Assembly: GCF_018350175.1 (NCBI RefSeq)
Contig: NC_058381.1
Coordinates: 54,994,001 to 55,058,000, forward strand
DNA: 64,000 nucleotides
Reading direction: 5' to 3'
From: Felis catus
Taxonomy: Eukaryota
Positions 1-12,250 of this stretch are shown piece by piece; within the stretch, counting starts at the first letter, position 1, and each line of letters begins with the position of its first letter. The position numbers and the translations under genes were made by a program. Below the pieces are notes generated by a model. That model worked only from the letters and a program-made list of their open reading frames with translations, did not search any database and was not told the origin of the DNA.

Positions 1-24
1 TGATGCTGGGGGCTTCAGTGGAGC
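1..24 (-). CDS. Probable start of CD300C-like stalk exon (GSTEAPSI...), truncated by window edge
   Basis: Strong acceptor tgttgttcttccctctcag|GC at 25-26; read in phase 1 it gives an S/T/P-rich stalk-like peptide. Only 24 nt are visible. Confidence 0.55.
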
Positions 25-2472
25 CTGAGAGGGAAGAACAACACATCAGGCCTGCCGCCCTCCCCCTGGGTCTCCCACTCGGTCAACTGTGTGGTTCTCA
101 CTCACAGAGTCCTGGTCACTCAGAGATTCCAGTGCATGGACAGAACACATGGCTTCAGGCTCAGCCACAGCCACACCACGTGCACCCCGGCAGAGGATGG
201 GGTGAGGTTTACTCTGTAGAGATTGATCCAGAGCTTGGGGGAGCCAGGATCCTCAGGCAGGGCTGATGTCTGGGGTGAGGATCACGAAAGAGCACATTCA
301 GCAGAGTCTGCGATGAGTGACGGAAACCCTGGCCCTCAGTGCACTCGGCCCCCAGAACTGTCAGCCAGGCCTACGAACCTGGGCGGCCCTTGCACAGTCC
401 TCTCTGGGGGAGGGAATGACCAGAAAGAACGATCTAGGGAGACAGACACACACCCAGTGGACCCCATAGAAAGTGGCCTGTCTTAAAGCCAATGAGAAGA
501 AGGTCTTTCCCTCAGGTCCCCAGGGACGCCTGTGGACACTCAGCTCCTCACTGTTGAGTAGAAACCAACAGAGGGCATGGGAGGGAAATGCCTCATGCAT
601 GAGAGACAAACTAAGACCCACAAGAAGGACCTCAGAGTTCCCACAGAGGAACCAGGGACAAAAGCAGAATAAGAACACGAGATAAAAATCCACAGACTTG
701 GAGGGATGACCTTCATTTGGTTCTTAGGAAACAAAAACAGGGTTCTATTAAAGAAGACTTATTCGGTATATTTGGGACCATAAGACCTGAGAACGCATTT
801 TCTCCTCCTTCTCCTTTGTCTGAGGGGAGCCATTTCAGGGGTTTCTCTGGGTTCCCTCCTGTGGGGACGAGGTCCCAGAAGAAGAGGGGGAGGGTCAAGT
901 TGGAGGGCGGGGTTGTTCCCAAATGGTCACAGAAGCTCCAGATCAGGGTCTGGAGCTCATTCTTGGGCCGTCTCGAGGTTGCTGCAGACCTTGAAAATCA
1001 CAGCTGGGCTGTGGCCCCAGGAACCATCCATGACATAGTGATGTTCTCTAGGGCCCCAGGGTCATGGGCAGCCTATAAGGGTGAAGAAGCAATATCTGAG
1101 GGGTCCTGTCTCCCATTGGGAGGATAGAGAGATTCCAGGAGGAGACTAGGGTCCCTCTAGAGTAGACAGGACTCTTGTCAGGGCAGGAAGGCAGCTGACC
1201 TCAGACTCGGGGCCTCTCCCATCCCCCTTCCCGGGAGAGCTTTAGGCTTGACAGTGTGTCAGGGTGTGGCATACAGAGGCACCTACGACAGCCAGGGGTG
1301 TGCTTGTGTGAGTGTGCAGACAACACAACACATGCACACATGAATGCACATACATCTAGACACACACATGTGGACACGCCCACAAGAGCACATACATACA
1401 CCTCCCCGGTGTCCCGCGTCACCAGCCCCATCCTCTCCCTGTTCTTCTAGCCTACATGTCACCACTTTCCTGAAGGTTCGGGGTGACCGGCCCCAGTCTC
1501 AGGGGCCCTAGTACTGGTGCTGGGGGAGGGGTGTGTACAGCTCACCTGGGGTCACAGACACCACAATGTGGACGGCGGGGTCTTCCAAGTATCCTCCTAA
1601 CCATGATGTATCGATTCCACACCGATATATTCCTGCATCATCCTCTGTGAGGTTCTCCAAGGTCACTGTGAAGGTGAGGCTTGCAGGATGGTCCCTGATG
1701 GACACGTGGCCATTCCTCACTTCTCTGTTTGACCTTTTGGTCTCCACAGTTTTCCAAAAACATGGCCTTTTGCACCAGTATTTGGAATGTTCTCTTAATT
1801 GCTCTTCATATGAACATTGCACGCTCAGGGATCCCCCCACAGTGCCCGTCACGGAGGTGGGGCCACTTATAGAGGAACAGCCTGGAAAACACAGCCAAGT
1901 GTGGGCCCCTCATCAGATGGGCCTGGGTCAGTGGGCTTTTGGGTCAAGGTGCCTCTTGGATCCCTCAAGGGCCCTCAGGATCTGGAGGAGGCCTTGGCAG
2001 GAGACAGTCCTTTCCTGAGACCCAAGGGAGAGGATGTCACAGAGTGGACAAGGAGAGGCTGTTCACGGTGTGTGTGTGTGTATGTGTGTGTGTGTGTGTG
2101 TGTGTGCCCGCATGTGCACATGATGCTCCAAGACATCACTTCTGACTGTGACAATGACGTTAATGGTGGACACAGATTCCCTCTCATCGGTGCTGCTCAG
2201 TCCAGGACAGTGGACAAGATTCACCTGCTTCATGCATTGAATCCTCCTGGTCACTGCTGAGGCAGTAGCTGGCCGCTCCTGGAATTTTCTCTGTCCTCCC
2301 TCCTCTCTCCCACATCCTCCTTCCTTCCCCTTGGGTCCCTCTCTCCCCACCTCCCCCTGCCCTCCCTCCCACCAAGGGCCGACTTCCCTGCCCAGGCTCA
2401 GCCCCACTCACCTGGGACCTGTAGAAGGAGTAGAGCTGTAGGCAGCCATGCCCTCCCATTCCCCAGGGTCAT
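1..2472 (-). CDS. CD300C: CD300C-like (CMRF35-like molecule 6) gene, 5' part; exons 2472-2412, 1881-1546, 24-<1
   Basis: Spliced translation [48 protein letters not shown]...[31 protein letters not shown]. The leader and DTxWL...DP.V.V.VSV segment resemble human CD300C. It sits immediately downstream of CD300H on the same strand, as in the human cluster. The exact orthologue versus paralogue status is uncertain. Confidence 0.72.
1546..1881 (-). CDS. CD300C: CD300C-like exon 2 (IgV domain)
   Basis: Acceptor gttttccag|GC and donor CCAG|gtgagc; 336 nt, phase 1-1, no stops. IgV motifs [33 protein letters not shown]. Confidence 0.95.
2068..2106. repeat. (TG)n microsatellite in CD300C-like intron 1
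   Basis: Direct reading. Confidence 0.95.
2412..2472 (-). CDS. CD300C: CD300C-like exon 1 (signal peptide [21 protein letters not shown])
   Basis: ATG at 2472; 61 nt ending in phase 1; canonical donor CAG|gtgagt (actcac at 2406-2411). Confidence 0.9.
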
Positions 2473-3081
2473 TTCTATGGCACAGACGTCACCCACAGCA
2501 ATGTCAGGCTCCTGAGGGGGAACACTTCCAAGCCTCCTCACAGAAGGTCTGGTCTCCACATCCCACTTCTGCTTTCCTAGGCCTCTTTGGTTCCTTGTTC
2601 AGTCTGTCTTTGGTCCCCACAGTCTTCTTCCATGGTCACTCGAACTGGTCAGGGTGGAGGGAGCTTGGGGACAGAAGAGCATGGGCTGGTGCAGAGCCCA
2701 GGACCTGGTGCCCTGCGTGCTTCTCAAGCTGTGGACAGGTCCCGATCCGGGTCCAGGGCCGGCGTGGGATTGCCATCCCTCTCCACAGCCCACAGCTGCT
2801 CCTCTCACTATCCACATTCACCCCCACACTACGGAGACACATCAGAGCATTTCCTCCTCAGTGGGCCACCCACACCCTTGTGACACGTCACTTCCTTGTG
2901 CTCAGGAGGCACCATCTCTGGGGTAAAGGCCAGAGCACCCATCAGTGGTGACCACAGTGGTGTTAGGACCCCCCCCAACCTGCAGCTCCAAGCACTCCCA
3001 CAGTCCCCCATGGGACCCCTGTGCTCCTCTAGCCACACAGGTTGGCACTGTGACCTCACATTCCTTCAAAGGTCTCATTTT

Positions 3082-3290
3082 GGGGTGCCTGGGTGGCTCA
3101 GTCGGTTGAGCATCTGACTTTGGCTCAGGTCATAATCTTGAATCTTGTGGTTCAAGAGTTCAAGCCCTGCTTCGGGCTCTGTGCTGACAGCTCAGAGCCT
3201 GGAGCCTGCTTCAGATTCTGTGTCTCCCTCTCTCTCTGTTCCTCCTCTGCTCACACACTATCTCTCAAAAATAAATAAAAAATTTTAAAA
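3082..3290 (+). mobile_element. CAN-SINE (SINEC_Fc-type)
   Basis: ggggtgcctgggtggctcagtcgg head, CT-rich linker, A tail, TSD aaaggtctcattttg. Confidence 0.92.
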
Positions 3291-3869
3291 AAGGTCTCAT
3301 TTTGACTCTGGGTTCCCAACCAGGGTACAAATCCCTCAGGCTGTGTTTCTCTGTTCTCCAGACATAGACATGGAACAGCCGTCACCAACATGAGGACCTC
3401 ACTTTTTACTTTCTTCTTTGGAAAGTCCACTCTGCTGTGACTTGCAGGGGAGAGTACTGAGAATGGACAAGAGGATGCAGGGATTGGAGGTACTGATGAG
3501 AAAATGGGGGCACGTGAAGCTGAGGCTGGGCCTGTCCTCTCCAGCCAGTGGCACAGAGGGGTGGTTGTGTAACAAGATGGTGGTCCGCCAAACACAAGTT
3601 GCTGCTGTCTCTTTTGGGTTCACAGTGGTGACTAGGGGGTCTCTTCAAGGTGCAGGATGGGGGAAGGTCCTTGCCTGGAGGTGAGGAGCCAAGTCTATCT
3701 TAACTCAAAGTGGCTCATTCTCATGACGTGATGGATTTGGGATGAGTTTACCTTGGAAATGATAGTGAAGCAGGTCAAGGTTCAGGGCCCAACATCTTGC
3801 CTGGATTATGCCAGCTTCTCAGCATTGTCATGCACAACCAGGTCTACACAACAAAGTCTATCAACTTCC

Positions 3870-4740
3870 CCCTAAACACTCTCTCCCCAGATCTGGTCCT
3901 CTCCTACGCTATCTTATCCTGATCAAAGACAACAATATTTCCAGTGTTATTGCAACCAGACCACGACACCAGGGATTCCTCTCTCTGTCACTCCACTTAA
4001 TGCTTATTCTAGCACTTTCCATCTTCCTATTTCCCCTCTTCCCCCTGACATTATAACTGTACTCTCTCTTCCCAGTGCGATGGTGACATCCCTGTTCTTC
4101 CTTGTCCCCCCAGTGCCTTGACCTTCCTCTTTCCCACTCATCAGCAAGAGAGTACTTCAACAAAAGTCAATAGTAGCTAGTACACTCTTTGTCCCATGAC
4201 CTTCAGATGAAATCTACTCTTCTTGGTTGGTCTACATAGCCCAAGAGGACTCAGCCACTGCTGGGTTCTGCAATTCCATCTTGCCCCCCTGCCCCAGTGT
4301 GCCCTGTGCTCCAGCCACAGTGCCCGTCCTGCCCCAGGGCCTTATCACTTGCTTGTTCCTTTCCTTGGATCCTTTGCCCACCTCTTCTCATTGCTTGTTC
4401 CTTCTTACCCTTTAGATTTCACCTCGGATGTCACCCCTTCAGGAAGCCTTCCCTGATCACCCTTCCTAGGGGTCACCCTGTTGTCTAAATCACTGGTCTC
4501 TGTTTATTTCCTCCATAATTCACCAAACCTTGTTATTATGTTTTATTTTGGTGGTTTCTTTCCACTCCCCCACCCCATTAGGATATATCATAGCTTATAT
4601 CATAGCGGCATTTGGGATCCGTTGTATTCACCACGGAATAACCCGGTGCCCAACTGTAGTATGTGACAAATGGTCGGCTTATGATAAATATTTGCTATAT
4701 GAGTGAATGAGTGATTGAGTAAATAAACGAGAACTGAATT
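3870..4740 (+). mobile_element. Old L2 fragments
   Basis: gatgtcacc...aggaagccttccctgatcacc and a terminal ...aaatatttg...gagtgaatga, typical of the L2 3' end. Confidence 0.55.
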
Positions 4741-4774
4741 GGCTGCAGACACTGACCCCAGGCAAGTCCAACTA

Positions 4775-5150
4775 GATTAGATATCTATTGCTGCATAACA
4801 AATTCCCCCAAAACTTAGCAGATAAAAATATCAAACAATTATTACCTCACACTTCCTGAGAGTCGCAAATCTGAGAGTGGCTTATCTGGGTGGTTTGGGC
4901 TCAGGGCATCTCTTTCACGAAGTTGTGGTCAAGATGTTGGCCAAGGCTATACTCATCTGAAGGCTGGACTGGCCTAGAGGATCTGCTTCCAAGATGGCGC
5001 ACTCACATAGCTGTTGGCAGGAGACCTCAGCTCCTTGTGCAAGAGAACTGCATGAGTGTTTTCATGATATGGAAACTAGCTTCTCCCACAGTGAGTGATC
5101 CCAGAAGGAGCAAGGCCCAACACATTTATGATTGATCCTTGAAAGTCCTA
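4775..5150 (-). mobile_element. MLT1-type (ERVL-MaLR) LTR
   Basis: tctattgctgcataacaaatt...aaaacttagc...ttccaagatggc signature. Confidence 0.7.
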
Positions 5151-5162
5151 TACTATTGCTTC

Positions 5163-5345
5163 TGCCTGGGTGGCTCAGTCGGTTGAGCATCCGAATGGCT
5201 CAGGTCATAGTCCCACGGTTCATGGGTTTGAGCTCTGTGTTGGGCTTTGTGCTGATAGTGCAAAGCCTGCTTCGGGTTCCCTGTCTCCTTCTCTCTCTCT
5301 GCCCCTCCTTTGCTCTCTCTCTCTTAAAAAAAATTAAAAATTAAA
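5163..5345 (+). mobile_element. CAN-SINE
   Basis: tgcctgggtggctcagtcggttgagcatcc head and A tail. Confidence 0.85.
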
Positions 5346-5941
5346 AAAAAAAACAAAAAAAACCCCCCACAAAGAACCAAACCTTGAAATTATAGCTCCG
5401 AAACTTTGCTTGATTTTTTTCTGCGGGGGGGGGGGCAGTTGTCATTTATCGGTCTTTCTTCATATAACAAAGAGTTTACATAATCTCTCCCCCTTCTAGC
5501 TACCTTGCCAACAGCTCAGAGAATCAATAAACTGACCAGAAGCATGTTATAAGGGCTGATGTCAGGATCCGAACCCAGATTCCTCTGGCTCCACTGCTCA
5601 AGCGTCTTTCCCTCGTATCATAACTCTGGTGGGGAGAGGGTGGCCAAGAGACAGCAAGGGGGAGAGGCACAATCTTCAGACCCAGGAAGCAGAATGAAAG
5701 GATTTGTCAGGCAGCCAGTGGCCATTGTAACCCAAATTGAGAAAATTGACAGGGACTCACTGTTTCCTGAAACTTCTCCACCCACAACCATCTCTCTTCC
5801 TCTCTCACTTCCCAAGTGCTTCTTCTTTTTCTGAAAACACTTCAGCTTCTGTCAGCTCCTGATTGCCCTGAAAAGTTGGAAGGTCCACCGGGTGGGCAGG
5901 GCAAAAACAGCAGAAACTTGACTTTAGGTTTGAGTATGTGC

Positions 5942-6360
5942 TGTGACGGTTAATTTTATGTGTCAACTTAACTGGCTGTTCAGATGGAGCATTATGTCTG
6001 GATGTGTCTGTGAGGATGTTTCTGGATGAAATTAGCATTTGAATCTGCAGACTCAGTGAGGTAAGTTGCTCTCCCCTGGGTGGGTGGGCCTCACCCAATC
6101 TGTTGAGGATCTGAGTAGAATTCAATGACCAGCAGAGGAAAGAGGAATTTGCCCGTTGCTGCCTGATGACTTCAGCTAGGGCATCCATCTTTTCCTGCCC
6201 TCTGCATTCCTGGCTCTCAGACCTTTGAACTTGGAATGAATTATACCACTGGCTTTCTTGGGTACTCCTCATCTATCATAACCATGGGGGCCAATTCCTT
6301 ATAATGAACTCTTCATAATTTTCCTATTTGTTCTGTTTCTCTGTTTCCCTGACTAACACA
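5942..6360. mobile_element. MLT2 (ERVL) LTR
   Basis: TGTGAcGGTTAATTTTATGTGTCAACTT...CCCTGACTAAcACA termini. Confidence 0.85.
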
Positions 6361-6829
6361 AGTGTTTTTGACCCAGTGGCGATTTACTTCTCCAACCCTC
6401 AAGCCTGCACATGAGGGAAGATCCATGTGAGGACTCAACACGGGAGGATCCAAAAACTCACCACCTCCTGTCACCTCCCACTACATCTTCCAGAGTTGAT
6501 GGAACATTGGTGTTTTAAAGGCTGCTATAGAGAAATGCAGAGTAAAAGCCTAGGAGGTCAGCAGGCTGAGCATGAAATAGCATGGGAACCATCCACACAG
6601 TGAATTGGGTCTCTCTTTTGCAAGCAAAAAATAATGAAGCAAAGATCAAGTTAAAGGCAAATGTTATGCCTTTCCTTGGACTAGAATCAGAAGTATCTTT
6701 TTTATTCTTCTTTGGCTTCATGGTCCCCCTGAGGTCCAGAGAAGCCTGGGCCACTTTTATTTTGTGAAGCTCTTAAGAAAAGAGAGATTCCAAAATAGGG
6801 TTACAAAAATTATGGTATATATATATATT

Positions 6830-7060
6830 TTTTTTAATTAAAAATTTTTTAATGTTTATTTATTTTTGAGAGAGAGAGAGAGAGAGAGACAGAGTGTGAG
6901 CAGGGGAGGGCAGAGAGAGGGAGACACAGAATCTGAAGAAGGTTCCAGGCTCTGAGCTGTCAGCACAGAGCCTGAATGTGGGGCCTGAACCCACATACCA
7001 TGAAATCATGACTTGAGCTGAAGTCAGATGCTTAACCAACTGAGCCACCAAGGCGCCCCC
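6830..7060 (-). mobile_element. CAN-SINE
   Basis: Reverse-strand SINE with (GA)n and T tail. Confidence 0.9.
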
Positions 7061-8259
7061 AAAATTACAGTGTATTTTAGAGTTGGAAAAGGTGGCAGCT
7101 TGGCTTGGCTCCCAATGCCAGCCTGTAGGATGCCGAGTCCCACTATCTGCCTGGACCGGGTGCCCCGAGTGCGGTGGCTCCGATGGCACAAGCTTGTCTT
7201 CAGGATGCCAGCAGGGGCCCCTGGGCTGTGGGCACTGGGGCTCGCAGAGGTGCTGACCACTCTGGGACTGAAGGGAGAGTGTGAGTACTCGGGGGACCAA
7301 AAAAAAATTTATGGCATATTTTAAATGTGTGAAGTTCATGAATCAACTTTTTAATACACAAATGGTCATAAGGTATAATTAATTGGGCTATAAAAATGAT
7401 TCCTGAATTACAGTGTTAATGTATGTGTGCTTTGGTAGAAATAAAACACATGTATAAGTACATAGGATAGACAATTCAATGCAGCCCTGCGATTGTGTAA
7501 ACAATTCAACATAGAGATAATGTTAAAGACCATTTTTGAGACTGTTCCTGGGATGCCAGGCCAGAGTCAAAGTACAGACATCTCTCCCCACGCTGCAAGG
7601 TAGACCCTCCCACCCCAGCCTCCAGCCCATGTCTGCCCATCTCTCTTGGTCCCAGCACCTCTGTCTCCTTGTTTCTCACCTCCTCAGATGCCTTTCCTCA
7701 GACCTTGCTGGCACCAACTGTATCTTTGAAAAAAGCTGCTTCCCTTGTTCATGGGGGGTGAGAGGAAGCATTGCCAGCTGTCACCACACCAAGTTCTAAG
7801 CCAGCTGGCCATGTTCAGTAGGGGGCACTAGGTCCTTCTATCTCTTCCAAGGGTAAGAAATCCAGAAGAGCCCTGCGGACGCTGCTTCTCAATAAAGCTG
7901 AAGCCCTGGGTAGAGTCAGAAGTGTCTTGTCTTTCTGCCTGGTTCTATTCCATCCTCCAGGCACAGGGTATTAGGGCCCTGACTTATTCTAGTCTGAACT
8001 GCCCTTTGGGCTCCAGACCCCTGGTTGGATCTTGAGCTTTGGACCTGTGAATGTCTGGGTCCACCTCTGGTTGGTCCCAAAGGAGACAAAGTGACCCCAC
8101 GCGCATAGCTGATGATGTAAGACTCAGCCTGAAAAGGAAAGGCCATGAGGATACAATGGGTTTGTTTCTAACACCCAGGGGTGGCCAGGATCAGGGTATT
8201 TGAATCACCCAGGAGGGCCTCAGCCACTGAGAAGCAATCCTGTTAGAGTAGAATTATCA

Positions 8260-8292
8260 TTATTATTAGTTTTTTAGTGTTTATTTATTTTT

Positions 8293-8336
<44 letters not shown>

Positions 8337-8507
8337 CACAGAGCATGTGCGGGGAAGGGAGAGAGTGAGAGAAAGAGAGAATCCAAAGCAGGCTCCAGGC
8401 TCCGAGCTGTCAGTCCAGAGCCTGACATGGGGCTCGAACTCACAGACTGCGAGATCATAACCTGAGCCGAAGGAGGATGCTCAACCAACTGAGCCACCCA
8501 GGCACCC
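8260..8507 (-). mobile_element. CAN-SINE
   Basis: Reverse-strand SINE; TSD agagtagaa(t/c)tat. Confidence 0.9.
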
Positions 8508-10069
8508 CAGAGTAGAACTATTTTTAAGTCCTTGAACAGGGTCTCCAGAGAAGCTCTGCAAATGGCCACTATCACCATCTCGTGGTGGCTTGAAAAACTG
8601 CAACAAGTGTGCTCTGGCTGTTTCCTTCGTTCTCATCCATGAGGTTGGGAAATAGAAATGCCTTCTGTATTTGGGTATCAGGCCATGTTATGATCCTTCC
8701 AGATCCCTTCAGACAGAGAGCTGGGCCTCAGGGAAAGTCTCCATCCCCTTGGGAAAAAAAATTTGGTTTTCAGCAAAATAGATTAGAACTCAGATTTGGG
8801 AAGGATTGGCATCTGTTTAAATTTTCTTTGATTTCTGTCATCAGCATTTTGTAATTTTTGGTGTAAGGATCCACTACATATTTTGTTAAGTTTATACCTA
8901 AGCATTTCATTTCCTTTGGAGTTATTGTAAACGGAATTGCATTTTAAATTCTGGTTCATATATGTTCATTGTTGGTATATAGAAATGTGGTTGATTTTTG
9001 TGTGTTCATCTTGGATCCCATGACCTGATGAACTCACCTATTGGTTCTACGAGATTTTGTAGATCACTTGAGATTTTCTACATAGACAGCTATGTCATCA
9101 GCAAATAGGGACAGCTTTATTTCTTCTTTTCCATTCTCTATGCCTTTATTTCTTTTTCTAGCCTATTGCAAAGGCCAGAATTTCTGGATTAGTAACAATG
9201 ATGTTAGGATGAGTAACAATGGTGAGAGAGGACATCTCTGTCTTGCTCATTATCTTAGAGGGAGAGCATTTAGTTTGTCATCACTAAGTATGATGTTAGC
9301 CTTTCTTTTAGATGATATTCATCAGGTTGAGGAAATTCCCTCTATTCTTACTTTTATGAGGTTTTTTTTTTTTATCATGGGTGGGTATTGGAATTTGTCA
9401 TATGCTTTTTCAGTGTAAATTGATATGATCTTATGATTTTTCTTCTTTAGTTTGATATGGTGAATTACAATGAGTGATTTCTAAATATTGAGCCATCCTT
9501 GCACACCTCGAATAAATCTCACTCCATCATGGTGTATAATTCTTTTTATGCATTGCTGGATTCCATTTGCTAATATTTTGTGGAGGATTTTTGTGTCCAT
9601 GCTCATGAGACATACTGGTCTTTAGTTTTCTTTGTACTGTTTTTGTTAAGTTTGGTATCTGGATAGTACTAGCTTTTAAAATGAATTGGGAAGTTCTCTT
9701 ATTCTCTCTTCTGGGAGAGATTGTGCAAAAATGGTGTTAATTCATCTTTAAATGCTTACTAGAATTCTCTAGTGAATATGCACCTGGATGTTCCTTTTTT
9801 GATGTTTTTAAATTACATATTTCATCTCTTTAATGGTAATTGGACTTACTGAGGTTGTTTATTTCATTTTGGGTCAGTTTTGGTAATTTGTGGCTCTTAA
9901 GAAACTGGTCCATTTCCTTTAAGTTTGTTAAATTTATGGATATAAAGTTGTTTGTAGCATTTCTTTATTATCCTTTAATGGCTTCAGGGTCTTAGTGACA
10001 CCTCTGATATCATTTGTACATTGTGTTTTTGTTCTTTGTCAGTCTTGCTAGAAGTTCATTGTTTCTAAA

Positions 10070-10301
10070 AAATTTTTTTAATGTTTTATTTTATTTTTTT
10101 GAGAGAGAGAGAGCACATTTGTGCACTCTCTAGCAGGGGAGGGGCAGAGACAGACGGAGACACAGAATCCAAAGCAAGTTCCAGGCTCCGAGCTGTCAGC
10201 ACAGAGCCCGACGCCGGGCTCAAACTCACAAACCGTGAGATCACGACCTGAGCAGAAACCAAGAGTCAAATGCTTAACCACTTGAGCCACCCAGGGGCCC
10301 C
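10070..10301 (-). mobile_element. CAN-SINE within L1
   Basis: Reverse-strand SINE consensus. Confidence 0.88.
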
Positions 10302-10794
10302 TGTTTTTCTGTTCTNNNNNNNNNNNNNNNNNNNNNNNNNNNNNNNNNNNNNNNNNNNNNNNNNNNNNNNNNNNNNNNNNNNNNNNNNNNNNNNNNNNNN
10401 NNNNNNNNNNNNNNNNNNNNNNNNNNNNNNNNNNNNNNNNNNNNNNNNNNNNNNNNTTGGTTAGCATATAGTGCATCAATGATTTCAGGAGTGGATTCCT
10501 TAGTGCCCCTTACCCATTTAGCCCATCCCCCCTCCCACAACCCCTCCCTTAACCCTCAGTTTGTTCTCCATATTTATGAGTCTCATGTTTTGTCCGCACC
10601 CCTGTTATTATATTATTTTTGTTTCCCTTCCCTTATGTTCATCTGTTCTGTGTCTTAAAGTCCTCATATGAGTGAAGTCATATGATATTTGTCTTTCTCT
10701 GGCTGACTAATTTCACTTAGCATAACACCTGCAGTTCCATCCACATAGTTGCAAGTGGAAAGATTTCATTCTTTTTGATTGCCAAGCAACACTC

Positions 10795-10799
<5 letters not shown>

Positions 10800-10843
<44 letters not shown>
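10800..10843. repeat. (TA)n microsatellite inside L1
   Basis: Direct reading. Confidence 0.95.
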
Positions 10844-10845
<2 letters not shown>

Positions 10846-11159
10846 ACATCTTCTTTATCCATTCATCCATTGATGGACATTTGGACTCTTCCCATACTTT
10901 GGCTATTGTTGATAGTGCTGCTATAAATATGGGGGTGCATGTGTCCCTTTGAAATAGCACACTGTATCCCTTGGATAAATACTTAGTAGTGCAATTGCTG
11001 GGTAGTTGGGTAGTTCTATTTTTAGTTTTTTGAGGAACCTCCATACTGTTTTCCTGAGTGGCTAAACTCTTGAGGTAAGAGTTTACATGACTGATTTAAG
11101 ACTTTTCCTTTTTTTTAGTATAGGAATTAGAGGCTATAAATTTCCCTCATAGCACTGCT

Positions 11160-11508
11160 CTAGCTGTCAGCACAGAGCCCAACATGGGGCTTGATCTCAT
11201 GAACTGTGAGATCATAACATGAGCTAAAATCAAGAGTTGGACGTTTGGGGTGCCTGGGTTGCTCAGTCGGTTGGGCATCTGACTTTAACTCAGGTCATGA
11301 TCTTGCAGTCCATGAGTTTGAGCCCTGCGTCGGACTCTGTGCCGACAGCTCAAAGCCTGGAGCCTGCTTCAGATTCTATGTCTCCCTCTCTCTCTGCTCC
11401 TCCCCCACTCATGCCCTGTCTCTCTCTCTCCTTCAAAAATAAATAAACATGTAAAAAAATTTTAAAACAGAGTTGGATGCTTAACCGACTGAGCCAACCA
11501 GGTGCCCC
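11160..11508. mobile_element. Minus-strand SINE fragment interrupted by a plus-strand SINE (11247-11468)
   Basis: TSD agagttgga(c/t)g flanks the inner element. Confidence 0.85.
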
Positions 11509-12024
11509 ATTTTGATATATATTTTTTTAAGTTTTCATTCAGCCCAGTATAGTTTTTCCCTGCTGATATATATCTTCTCATATAGATACAAGAAAAAGAA
11601 AGGAAAAAAGAAAAAATATGTTCTCCTTTTGATGAGAACTCTTAGGATTTACTCTCTTAACAACTTTTCTATATATCATAGAGCAGTGTTAGTTGTAGGC
11701 ATCATGTTGTATAGCATATCCCTAGTACTTATTTACCTTATAACTGGAAATTTGTACCTTTTGACCACCTTCCTCCAGTTCCCCCCCACCACTTTTGCCT
11801 CTGGTAACTATGAATTTGGTTATTTTTTGTTTTCGTTTTTGTTTTAGATTCCACATATGAGATCACACAGTATTTGCCTTTCCTGACTTATTTCACTTGG
11901 CATAATGCCTTCAGGGTCCATCTTTATTTTTGCAAATGGTAGTATTTCCTAATTTTTTTATTCCAGAACAATATTCCACTGTAAATCTATACCATACCTT
12001 CTTTATCCATTGGACACTTAGATT

Positions 12025-12250
12025 TAAAAAAAATTTTTTTAATGTTTATTTTTGAGAGAGAGGGAGAGAGACAGACAGAGCATGAGTGGGGGAGGGGCAG
12101 GGAGAGAGAGGGAGACAAGAGTCTGAAGCAGGCTCCAGGCTCTGAGCTGTCAGCACAGAGCCCGATGCGGGGCTCGAACCCCGCGAACTGTGAGATCATG
12201 ACCTGAGCTGAAGTCAGACGCTCAACCGACTGAGCCACCCTCAGGTGCCC
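12025..12250 (-). mobile_element. CAN-SINE within L1
   Basis: TSD tggacacttagatt. Confidence 0.92.

Noticed and set aside
281-307. Alternative acceptor (catcgcag) as the CD300C-like stalk exon
   Set aside because: In phase 1 it hits TGA after 8 codons and has a weak pyrimidine tract; the acceptor at 25-26 is better.
3082-3170. tRNA-like A/B-box sequences at SINE heads throughout the window
   Set aside because: They are the tRNA-derived heads of CAN-SINEs, with a CT linker, A tail and TSDs, not tRNA genes.
4989-5000. CAAGATGGCG YY1-like motif
   Set aside because: Part of the MLT1 LTR consensus; no locus-specific evidence.
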